A stretch of 64,000 bases of DNA from an uncultured Candidatus Cloacimonadota bacterium (lineage in GTDB: Bacteria > Cloacimonadota > Cloacimonadia > Cloacimonadales > TCS61): positions 62,656-126,655 of the forward strand of contig CAYSSJ010000006.1 in assembly GCA_964433675.1 (NCBI GenBank), in the 5' to 3' direction. A program made the translations under genes and the position numbers. Of this stretch, positions 9,967 through 17,667 are shown one piece after another. Each line of letters opens with the position of its first letter. Position 1 is the first letter of the stretch. A model generated the notes under the pieces. It worked only from the letters and a program-made list of their open reading frames with translations, ran no database searches and was not told where the DNA came from.

Positions 9967-10076
9967 ATGCTCATCTAAGTTTAATTGATACTTTGGATTA
10001 TAGTTTTCTAGTTTGCCACCATAATTCTGCATCTTTTTACCTTTTTCACCATCTTTTTCCCACTCATATTATGTTT
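9964..10076. repeat. direct repeat copy R1 (partner at 17983-18092)
   Basis: About 110 bp, roughly 80 % identical by eye to R2. The 25-nt core 'tgccaccataattctgcatcttttt' is identical (10014-10038 vs 18031-18055). Confidence 0.85.
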
Positions 10077-10094
10077 CTCCGCTCGATTAGCTGG

Positions 10095-10556
10095 TTAGTA
10101 ATCATTTATATGATGTTGTTTCTTATAGTAATCAATCGTTTGCAGCAGCCACCTTATTTGCACTTCATCTTTTGCTAGTTCAATTGCGCTCTGCTTTTCA
10201 AGTAAATCTTTTTGTTGTTGTAAGTTTTTATCAATGCTTTCCTGCAGAGCGACGAGGATATTTTTTTCTAAAGCGCTGCCAATTGCTACTAACTCTCCGC
10301 CTTCAAGATCGGGGTAACGAACACCGAAATATAACCTGTTATGGGTTTCACTGCCGATTTTTCGATCGAAACAAACAATCATCTCTTTTTTGTTTTGATC
10401 TTCTAACACAGCATATGTCGTTCCACCGTCACGATACTTATCAATCTCTACGATCGTAAAGGGCGGATTGTAGTCAAAAGCAATATGTTCGTGGTCAGAT
10501 GTCTTTGCACAAACAAAGAAAAGAGTGGTTATGATGATTAATAATGCTTTTTTCAT
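10095..10556 (-). CDS. hypothetical secreted protein/lipoprotein
   Basis: 153 aa. N-terminal 'MKKALLIIITTLFFVCAK' is signal/lipobox-like. No other motif recognised. Confidence 0.5.
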   Translation of the reverse strand: MKKALLIIITTLFFVCAKTSDHEHIAFDYNPPFTIVEIDKYRDGGTTYAVLEDQNKKEMIVCFDRKIGSETHNRLYFGVRYPDLEGGELVAIGSALEKNILVALQESIDKNLQQQKDLLEKQSAIELAKDEVQIRWLLQTIDYYKKQHHINDY

Positions 10557-10575
10557 AATTTTATGGTGTGTTTAT

Positions 10576-11409
10576 TTAATTGATAATATAACTTGCAGGT
10601 TGTAGCAGTTTTTTGCGTAATCTCCAAAATATAATTGCAATTACAATCGAACATATACTTACTCCAGCCCCCATCTCGCCGAGTAAATTTACCGTACTGC
10701 TTTTCTCGGTTAATAACTGGTCAAAAAAACCTTGAATTAAGAAATTGTGACTCGCATGATAGATTACTCCCACCCACAAACTGGCAGATTTTATTCGCAA
10801 CCACGTTAACATAAAGCTTAATGATATTAATGAAATACAACTAAACAAAACTTTTAGAATTAAGAAATCTCCACCGTAATTGGCGAGTATCATTAAAGGT
10901 AGATGCCATATAGTCCATACCAGACCAATGATAATTGATGTAGTTGTTAAATTTGACAACTTGTATAATCTTGGCGTCAGAAACCCACGCCAACCAACCT
11001 CCTCTCCAAATGCACCAATTGACCTGGCGATTATGCCTATCAGGAACAAAACAATTAATGCAAAACCAGAAGGAGAATCAGTTCCCATGATTGTAATCTG
11101 TTCATTAACAGAACCAATCTTAGTTAACCATGCAAATCCATATATTATTATCCCGTAAGTAATTGGAATTATAAAAGCCAAAAGCAGATACTTAGCTTTT
11201 CCGAATTTCCATCCAAGTTTTTTTATATTCCGTTCACATATTAATCTGGTAATTATAGCCGCAAGAAAAGGCGAATAAACCAATAAAAATGCAGCTATAC
11301 TATCTTCTGCTTTTGATGTTTCAGTTTCCGATATCAAGAAATAACTAATCCCACTTAAAATAAAAAGTAGGATAAAAAAAATACCGATTTCGCTTTTTAT
11401 CTTTCCCAT
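10576..11409 (-). CDS. CPBP-family intramembrane glutamic protease (CAAX/Abi type)
   Basis: 277 aa, polytopic. Carries 'GEEVGWRGFL' (EExxxR), 'TIWH' and 'YHASHNF' motifs. Confidence 0.8.
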   Translation of the reverse strand: MGKIKSEIGIFFILLFILSGISYFLISETETSKAEDSIAAFLLVYSPFLAAIITRLICERNIKKLGWKFGKAKYLLLAFIIPITYGIIIYGFAWLTKIGSVNEQITIMGTDSPSGFALIVLFLIGIIARSIGAFGEEVGWRGFLTPRLYKLSNLTTTSIIIGLVWTIWHLPLMILANYGGDFLILKVLFSCISLISLSFMLTWLRIKSASLWVGVIYHASHNFLIQGFFDQLLTEKSSTVNLLGEMGAGVSICSIVIAIIFWRLRKKLLQPASYIIN

Positions 11410-11444
11410 TTATTAAAAGTTACTCGCTTGTGTTTTATTAAATT

Positions 11445-11581
11445 GCCTGTAACGGTTGCGTGTATGAAACGTTGGGGATTGCGGGCTTCCTTCCTATCCA
11501 CCAACACAAACGCCGATGCGGGGCAGAACGCATGTTTTAACCACTTAAACCCCAATGTTTTATACACGATGTTGGCGGCAG
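11445..11581 (-). repeat. attC-like imperfect palindrome A
   Basis: Left arm 'gcctgtAACggttgcgtgtatgaaacgttgggg' pairs with right arm 'ccccaatgttttatacacgatGTTggcggcag'. It starts 25 nt after the S41 stop and ends 35 nt before the CPBP start. Confidence 0.55.
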
Positions 11582-11606
11582 TTTATAGTTCATAGTTCTT
11601 TGAGTG

Positions 11607-12851
11607 TCAGTACTTGCCTTGCTCAATCAGATTTATTATAAAATCTAATGCAACATCTCTTCCTTCAAAAAAATCATCCAGCGTTTCTTCAACATGATAA
11701 TGCGGTTCAATTGATTTACCCTCCATTGGGAAGCCCTGCGCAGAAAAATACGGTTGTTGTGTAGCCGCCCTGAACCTAATGTTGTTTTTTGTTGTGAAAA
11801 ACCGTGGACCACTTCCGGTATCACCTCCAGTAGGTTTTCCCACCAGAATAGCCTGGGCACCCTCTTTGAGGTCTATGACAAAACTTTCTGCTGCTGAAGA
11901 TGTTAGCCCACTAATCAATAAAAACAGGGTGCCTTTATAGTTATCGTTTCTTGGCGATAATGTTTTTTTAGACACACATGCCTTGTGCGGGTGTTTTAAT
12001 AAATAGGAAGCGATTTGCTCGCTTCTAGGGGAGTTGCCGCCAACATTATTTCGAATATCAATAATAAGATATGGTTTGTCTTTTACATCGTTAAAAGCAT
12101 TCGGGAAATCCAAAAGTGCACGTTCTTGCATTAAAGCAATAGATATATAACCAATGCTATCAGAGATGGCTCTGCTTTCAATCAAAGAACGAGGGGCACC
12201 GGCAGAACTTTTCCTTTTAAAAGGTTCAGGCTTACGGAAAACTACAGAAACCTCTTTTAATCCTTCATCAGTTCTAATTAAATAACTTCGCTCTTCCGGG
12301 AAATAACTCTGGAAAACATTAATTCTTGCTGTTTCTAACGAACCGACTATTGTAGATGCACTAACGTATGACATTTCCTGATTTAACCATTCCATTGCAG
12401 AAATATGATTTATTTCAACTATTTCATCTTTGGGCTGAATTCCTTTTTCTCGAAATGATTCATCAAACACATGGCTCAAATAAAGTCTATCTTCTAATAT
12501 CTTCGCCCAGTTATTAATTTCATACCTTCTTAAAGCTAAATTAGTATGCCCGTTTTCAAGTTCAGCAAAATATTGCAATAATATCCTTATGTATTCCTCG
12601 CCATTTTGAACGGCTTTAATTTGAGAATAAAAAGCTGAGAACAGCGAATCAGGATCGATGCCCTTATGCGAAAAAAATGAATAGTTCTCTTTAATGATAT
12701 GATGTATCTCTTTAAAATCCTCAAGAATTTCCGGCTGCTCAATTTTTAAATCCTCGACATATATAACATCATGTCTTTTTACACAACCAGTCATTAGAAG
12801 CATAAATGCCATAATAAAATAAAAGATACTTTTCTGATGATTATTAATCAT
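11607..12851 (-). CDS. S41-family (tail-specific/C-terminal processing) peptidase
   Basis: 414 aa with a lipoprotein-like N-terminus ('LLMTGC'). Carries 'LIIDIRNNVGGNS' and 'GLTSSAAESFVIDLK...LVGKPTGG' S41 blocks. Confidence 0.8.
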   Translation of the reverse strand: MINNHQKSIFYFIMAFMLLMTGCVKRHDVIYVEDLKIEQPEILEDFKEIHHIIKENYSFFSHKGIDPDSLFSAFYSQIKAVQNGEEYIRILLQYFAELENGHTNLALRRYEINNWAKILEDRLYLSHVFDESFREKGIQPKDEIVEINHISAMEWLNQEMSYVSASTIVGSLETARINVFQSYFPEERSYLIRTDEGLKEVSVVFRKPEPFKRKSSAGAPRSLIESRAISDSIGYISIALMQERALLDFPNAFNDVKDKPYLIIDIRNNVGGNSPRSEQIASYLLKHPHKACVSKKTLSPRNDNYKGTLFLLISGLTSSAAESFVIDLKEGAQAILVGKPTGGDTGSGPRFFTTKNNIRFRAATQQPYFSAQGFPMEGKSIEPHYHVEETLDDFFEGRDVALDFIINLIEQGKY

Positions 12852-12868
12852 AGTATTTGTTTTTTAAT

Positions 12869-12971
12869 TGCCGCCAACGTTCCGCGAGTATCCGAAGTTG
12901 GCGACCATCGGGAGCCAATTTGGGCGTAGCGAAGCGTAGCCGGGTACTCGCTGTTATGTTTAGTGCCCGGC
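12869..12971 (-). repeat. attC-like imperfect palindrome B
   Basis: 'tgccgccAACgttccgcgagtatccg...' pairs with '...cgggtactcgctGTTatgtttagtgcccggc'. The left 10 nt are the exact reverse complement of 11571-11580. The right 19 nt match the reverse complement of 14432-14450 at 17/19. Confidence 0.55.
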
Positions 12972-12989
12972 TGGTTGCAGATAGACGTC

Positions 12990-13012
12990 AAAAAGTACAT
13001 GGATGTACTTTT
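12990..13012 (-). terminator. hairpin terminator after the two-gene cassette
   Basis: Perfect palindrome AAAAGTACAT-gg-ATGTACTTTT with flanking A/T runs, 14 nt downstream of the 156-aa ORF stop. Confidence 0.6.
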
Positions 13013-13025
13013 TGATCATTTGGAA

Positions 13026-13496
13026 TTATTGTTCATCCTCCGTATACGGAATTGGTTTTCTCTCAATGACTATGCCCTTTAATAATTTTTCAAAATCTTT
13101 AAAAGCTGAGCATGCAGTATTCTTACTTATGTATTTAATAAACCCTGGATGTTCGGCTTTAATTGAGAATAGAGAATGTTTATCAATCGGATTTAAAATA
13201 ATGTCTTTCTCGTATAAATGATAATTGATTTTATCTTTTATTGATGGCCACAGCTCATCATAAAACAATGCATTCTTTAAATTCAAATAAGTTTCAGAAT
13301 TCCAAAATTCATTTATTGAAGCAAATACACTACTTGTTCTTAAGACAAATCCTCGAACCTTATTGGGTTTGCTTTTAATCAAGTAAAACCATTCTGTTAT
13401 AATTTCTTTTTCTGTTTCTTCTCCAGTTACTAATGCAAAGATTCCACCAAGCGTTGGAAAGTAGCCACAATGAAAAACTTCAAATTTACTGTCCAT
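13026..13496 (-). CDS. hypothetical protein, partner of the TIR-like protein
   Basis: 156 aa with no recognisable motif. Its own RBS (AGGGGG) sits in the 10-nt gap after the upstream ORF. Confidence 0.6.
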   Translation of the reverse strand: MDSKFEVFHCGYFPTLGGIFALVTGEETEKEIITEWFYLIKSKPNKVRGFVLRTSSVFASINEFWNSETYLNLKNALFYDELWPSIKDKINYHLYEKDIILNPIDKHSLFSIKAEHPGFIKYISKNTACSAFKDFEKLLKGIVIERKPIPYTEDEQ

Positions 13497-13506
13497 ATAT
13501 CCCCCT

Positions 13507-14379
13507 TTAATCTTGTTTATATATTACTTTAAGTCTTTTGTATAACTCATTACTTAAATCTCTCAAACCTTCTTCATTTGGCAAATATTTTAATGCTCTA
13601 TGATGCCCTAAGTCTGAGGGGATGTCATCTATTGATTGTGTAATTGGGATTACAGTTTTTCCTAGAGTATGTGCTATACCTGTTTCATACAACACATTAG
13701 GATTTTTTCCTGAAAAATCAACGACAATAACATTGGCGCAGAATATAAGATCAAAGATGTCCTGAATGAAAGTTGAATTATCCCATATATCATCTGCTCG
13801 GAGACATTCAAGTTTCATATATTCAGCAACCCTCTTTATTGCTGAATAAGTATTTGTAAAAGAACCTTGAAACGGTATCATGACAGAAATAAGTTTACTA
13901 TTAACCTCCTTTTGAGGTACTTGAAAAACACTCGGTTTAAATGTAATCAACCTCTCGGTTTGCACTTCATCAAATGATGTGGAAATAAATTCTCCATGAA
14001 TAGGCAAAACTTTAATCTTTCCATTTGGCTGTTCAGAAATGTTTAAATCATTTGTTTTTAATGATGAAGCAACTGCTTCCATTGCCTTTTCTCGGTTGAC
14101 ATCCTCGTTAAAAAGAAAATGATCTGGATGCAATAAATTTTCAATAACTTTAACAATTTCTGGCGAAGGCATATTAGCAGGTGATTGTTTTTTATTTAAT
14201 TCATCTAAGACATCGCGAACCCACACTCTACGTGTAGAACCATCATGTACATAGTCAAGATCCAAATCCACAAAAAAACGTGTTAGATATGATGAGCTTC
14301 GATAAGGGAAAAAGTTAAATGGATTATCTCCGCATATCATTTCAGCTAATTTAACGATTGTAGCAGATCCTAATTGCAT
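13507..14379 (-). CDS. two-domain protein with C-terminal TIR-like (PF10137-type) nucleotide-binding/NADase-like domain
   Basis: C-terminal 'VMIPFQGSF...IFCANVIVVDFSGKNPNVLYETGIAHTLGKTVIPITQSIDDIPSDLGHHRALKY' fits the bacterial TIR-like hallmark (..NVxFELGy..GkLG..rv..l....PSDL.G..y). I chose the ATG at 14379, preceded by GGAAGGAG. The ORF track extends to a GTG at 14403. Confidence 0.6.
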   Translation of the reverse strand: MQLGSATIVKLAEMICGDNPFNFFPYRSSSYLTRFFVDLDLDYVHDGSTRRVWVRDVLDELNKKQSPANMPSPEIVKVIENLLHPDHFLFNEDVNREKAMEAVASSLKTNDLNISEQPNGKIKVLPIHGEFISTSFDEVQTERLITFKPSVFQVPQKEVNSKLISVMIPFQGSFTNTYSAIKRVAEYMKLECLRADDIWDNSTFIQDIFDLIFCANVIVVDFSGKNPNVLYETGIAHTLGKTVIPITQSIDDIPSDLGHHRALKYLPNEEGLRDLSNELYKRLKVIYKQD

Positions 14380-14431
14380 TAATTCTCCTTCCCCCGAGGC
14401 CACGGATGGCCGAGGACTAAAAAGCCCTTAA

Positions 14432-14512
14432 GCCGGGCATTGAACATAACTACCGCATATATGCCATATGTCGTATATTCCACCATATTGGCACATATCA
14501 CGAATGTTTTAT
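14432..14512 (-). repeat. attC-like imperfect palindrome C (short form)
   Basis: 'acatAACtaccgcatatatgccatatg' pairs with 'catattggcacatatcacgaatGTTttat'. It ends 4 nt from the stop of the 98-aa gene. Confidence 0.5.
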
Positions 14513-14516
14513 TCTT

Positions 14517-14813
14517 TTATTTCTTAAGTGAATTTCTAAAATCATTAGCTCTTTTGTAGAAATCTTCATCTTCACCAAATTCCATAATTCTTGCCACTTT
14601 TCCGTTACAAACTTTACAGTTTCCTACAATCATAATATCATTTAGAGAATCCAATACATATTCTTTGATTTCTATTCCTTTTTCGCAAATACCTCTACAA
14701 GTAGAACAATAAACATTATGATTCACAATGAAGTCCAAACTTTTTTTTTGCTTATCATTTAGTAAAGCATTAAGCTGAAACTTATTAAGTTTAATTTCTT
14801 TCGGTCTTTTCAT
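14517..14813 (-). CDS. small zinc-ribbon-like protein (copy 1 of 2)
   Basis: 98 aa with two CxxC pairs ('CSTCRGIC', 'CKVCNG'). Near-identical paralog at 17668-17964. Confidence 0.65.
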   Translation of the reverse strand: MKRPKEIKLNKFQLNALLNDKQKKSLDFIVNHNVYCSTCRGICEKGIEIKEYVLDSLNDIMIVGNCKVCNGKVARIMEFGEDEDFYKRANDFRNSLKK

Positions 14814-14855
14814 TAAACCTCCTTCTTTGGTAAATTAATAGCACGGTCTTTCTTA

Positions 14856-15013
14856 GTATAACGGTTACTTATGTATGCCGTAATGCATTGCTGATCAGTT
14901 TCTTGTCCATCGACACGAAAGTCTGAGCAGTTTACAATGCATGAATACCAACTGAACCTACCGAAGGGAACTCAGCGAAGCTAATATCTTATGGCATATA
15001 CACTTTGTTATGC
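14856..15013 (-). repeat. attC-like imperfect palindrome D
   Basis: 'gtatAACggttacttatgtatgccgtaa' pairs with 'cttatggcatatacactttGTTatgc'. It lies between the serine-hydrolase stop and the 98-aa gene start. Confidence 0.5.
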
Positions 15014-15123
15014 TGCGTTTTATATTAATCATCATAATTTTTGATCAGTTCCGCAAGAAATAGTGAGGTTTCTTTCATATTGGCACTTTATTCCGCTTTA
15101 GTTTAACCGAAGTTGGTGGTTCG

Positions 15124-16239
15124 TCAGTTTTCTTTCCACATTGCTTTAATCAATCCGAAGCACAAGTTATCGATTTCACCCATATCTTTGTTAAAAGCCG
15201 AAACATTGGACAAAATTATTATGCCATTCTTATTATTTAAATCCAACGCCATTGATGAAGTGTAACCTCCTGTCCCTCCATTATGCCAAATTACCTCATT
15301 GTTCCCGTCACTTGCTTTTATGATGAGCCACCCTAAACCGATTTCCATTGTTTCGCTAAGTTTAAATGTCGGCTGATGGGTAAGCTGAAGTTCAGCATTT
15401 TCCTGCTCAAATTGAGCTAAAGAAAATTTCGTCAAATCTTCTACTGTTGATAGAATTCCGCCGGCTCCTACCAATACATTAAAATCCCAATTAGCAGTTT
15501 CTTTCCCATTACTATCAAGTCCTTTAACAAGTTCGCTTTTTAATTTGGATCGATCTGCGCTAGAAGATGACATTCCGTATTTTGAAAAGACGATCTCTTC
15601 AAGTAACTTGTTATAATTGGTAGTTGAAATTTCTTTCAATAGATAACCAAGAAGACCTGCACCAAGATTAGAATATTCATACTTTGTGCCAGGTGCTTGG
15701 TTAAGTTTGATTTTTTCTTTCAAGTATGATTTTAACTTTTCCTCATCATAATCTTTGTAAGGATTACTTGGGTCAGCAAGCATTAAGTTAAGATTGGAAG
15801 GTAATCTCGGCAAACCTGAAGTGTGATTGGCAAGCTGCTTAAAAGTTATCGATTCGTTAGTTTTAAGGTCAAAATCAACAAAATCTTGAATATTGTTTTC
15901 TAATTTGAGTCGATTATTTACCACAAAATTTGCTAATAAGGTAGAAGTGAAAATTTTGCTAATTGAGCCAATTTCAAAAGCACTTCTGTGGTTTTCAATT
16001 TGAATTATTGAGTCATTCACCCGCTTTATACCGATAAATTTGACTTTCCCCTTATCGATAATTGCGATAGAAAGTTGCGTGTTTTCAGGAAACGACTTTG
16101 TTTTTTCGTAAATCAATTCTGTTTGTTCTTCCGATATTTGGATTTGAGTACTTTTAAGACCGGTTTCGGCTATTTGGGTTTGTCCGTTTGAGCAACTCAA
16201 CAGAAAAAGCCCATTTAGTAACATTAATAGGTTTTTCAT
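15124..16239 (-). CDS. serine hydrolase, class-C beta-lactamase/PBP-like family, lipoprotein
   Basis: 371 aa with a lipobox 'LLSCS'. Carries SxxK 'GSISKIFTS' and YxN 'YEYSNLG', plus 'HNGGTGGYTS' near the C-terminus. Confidence 0.8.
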   Translation of the reverse strand: MKNLLMLLNGLFLLSCSNGQTQIAETGLKSTQIQISEEQTELIYEKTKSFPENTQLSIAIIDKGKVKFIGIKRVNDSIIQIENHRSAFEIGSISKIFTSTLLANFVVNNRLKLENNIQDFVDFDLKTNESITFKQLANHTSGLPRLPSNLNLMLADPSNPYKDYDEEKLKSYLKEKIKLNQAPGTKYEYSNLGAGLLGYLLKEISTTNYNKLLEEIVFSKYGMSSSSADRSKLKSELVKGLDSNGKETANWDFNVLVGAGGILSTVEDLTKFSLAQFEQENAELQLTHQPTFKLSETMEIGLGWLIIKASDGNNEVIWHNGGTGGYTSSMALDLNNKNGIIILSNVSAFNKDMGEIDNLCFGLIKAMWKEN

Positions 16240-16273
16240 TTTTAATCTTCCTCGATGTTTCGTTTATAATGAC

Positions 16274-16400
16274 CGCTAACGTCCCGAGTGTTTGCGGCGA
16301 CCGTCGTCACAATTAAAACCTGATGGAAAAAATGAAAATACAAAAAAGTTAAACTTTGACACTCCTTGGAAAATAGGATGTCGAAAACACTTTGTTATCA
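16274..16400 (-). repeat. attC-like imperfect palindrome E
   Basis: 'cgctAACgtcccgagtgtttgcggcga' pairs with 'tgtcgaaaacactttGTTatca'. The left flank 'aatgaccgctaacg' is identical to that of element F. Confidence 0.45.
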
Positions 16401-16411
16401 GACGTTCTGAT

Positions 16412-16933
16412 TCATATCTTATTCCTATACCACTTTAATGCTTTTTTTTCAAGACACTTTATAAAGTCGTTTTTTCCATCCATATAGGCCTCTATATCAT
16501 TTGGAAAACGTTCAGCAAGCATTTCTTTTAAATCACCATACCTTTTTGCAAAATAAGTATGCTGACGAAGAAAGTCACGAAAAGCAAGATGTCTCTCTAC
16601 ATCTTCACTATTAAATTGAAAAATATGGACATGGTGAGTACGATTATCCCCACCTTTTCGAAAATACCTGCGACCTGGGATCCCAAACTCCCCCATGGGA
16701 ACATATTGTAACCTAATCATTTTATCATTGAATTTATCAACTACTTCAATGTCCTTCAAAACAGGCATAATATCTATGGTTGGCTTTGCCTTTAAACCAG
16801 GCACAGAAGTGCTCCCGATATGGTGAACTTCAATCAATTCTTCGCCAAATATTTTTTGGATTTTTTCTGCTTCAGCCTTAAACATATCAGACCACTGGGG
16901 ATTATACTTTGTAACAATAACCTTCATGTTCAA
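16412..16933 (-). CDS. GrpB-family (UPF0157) nucleotidyltransferase-fold protein
   Basis: 173 aa. 'VHHIGSTSVPGLKAKPTIDIM' and 'HHVHIF' are typical of GrpB. Confidence 0.75.
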   Translation of the reverse strand: MNMKVIVTKYNPQWSDMFKAEAEKIQKIFGEELIEVHHIGSTSVPGLKAKPTIDIMPVLKDIEVVDKFNDKMIRLQYVPMGEFGIPGRRYFRKGGDNRTHHVHIFQFNSEDVERHLAFRDFLRQHTYFAKRYGDLKEMLAERFPNDIEAYMDGKNDFIKCLEKKALKWYRNKI

Positions 16934-16976
16934 AAAACTCCTTTATAATATTGAAAAAAGTAATTTAAAGAATGAC

Positions 16977-17098
16977 CGCTAACGGTCGAGTGTGTGTGCC
17001 GTAATGGATAACGGAGCAGTTACCTGCCCTTCCTTAATTGTTCTTCTGGATAAGCTGTTGAAGAAGCCATACTACTGACTTCATAACATAGGTTAGTT
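16977..17098 (-). repeat. weak attC-like element F
   Basis: Shares the 'aatgaccgctAACgg' end with E and has 'ggttagtt' at the other end, but arm pairing is poor (asymmetric spacers). Confidence 0.3.
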
Positions 17099-17101
17099 AT
17101 T

Positions 17102-17587
17102 CTATGCTTGTGGTTCAAGAACGAATACTATCTCATCCCAAGCGATTTCTCCTGTTTTTACAAACCCCAGTTTTTCACATAACCGGATCATGTTTTCATT
17201 ATTAGGTTCGATACTTGTATAAATAGCGGTGTTAGGATAGTCGGTATGCAACTTTTCTATAAGTAATAGAATAGCCGCTCCACCATATCCTTTGCGCTGT
17301 TCATCTTCAGCGATCATTAAACGACTCATCATAAGGCGTCGGTCTCCTACTTTATCAGCAAACGAGTTATCCCAATCATACATAAGGAACCCGACAATGC
17401 TGTCATTATCCCCAACTATAGCCATGGGATAACATTCATCCATGAATGTTGATTCTATTATTGAATACCAATTAGGAGCAACAAAACCTTCCTGCTCACT
17501 GCTAACTTCAAGATCACATACCTCTTCCCAGTTATCTGCATCAATTGGTATTAGTTTAACTTTATTCATCATATCCATCCTTTCCAA
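17102..17587 (-). CDS. GNAT-family N-acetyltransferase
   Basis: 161 aa. 'RLMIAEDEQRKGYGGAAILLLIEKL' is the acetyl-CoA binding motif A (Q/RxxGxG/A). Confidence 0.8.
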   Translation of the reverse strand: MERMDMMNKVKLIPIDADNWEEVCDLEVSSEQEGFVAPNWYSIIESTFMDECYPMAIVGDNDSIVGFLMYDWDNSFADKVGDRRLMMSRLMIAEDEQRKGYGGAAILLLIEKLHTDYPNTAIYTSIEPNNENMIRLCEKLGFVKTGEIAWDEIVFVLEPQA

Positions 17588-17667
17588 AATAAGTCTAGTT
17601 GTACTAACGAAAAAAGCAAAGATTGCTTATCACGACTACCTATGCTATGTTGCCTGTTGTTTGTCTA

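Noticed and set aside
14380-14403. GTG start (MASGEGEL...) for the TIR-like protein.
   Set aside because: These codons themselves spell the GGAAGGAG ribosome-binding site for the ATG at 14379, so they are more likely 5'-UTR.
15020-15123. 17-codon minus-strand mini-ORF (MKETSLFLAELIKNYDD*) and a 'catattggcac' match to the attC-like element C, in the spacer after the serine-hydrolase gene.
   Set aside because: It is too short and lacks an RBS. The 11-nt match alone is insufficient to call another attC site. It may be a decayed cassette remnant, but this cannot be supported.
17588-17667. Seventh attC-like site between the second Zn-ribbon gene and the GNAT gene.
   Set aside because: Only a small central hairpin (AAGCA-atctt-TGCTT) and loosely matching flanks ('gtagtcg'/'cgttagtac') are present. 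The boxes and arm pairing are too weak to call by eye.
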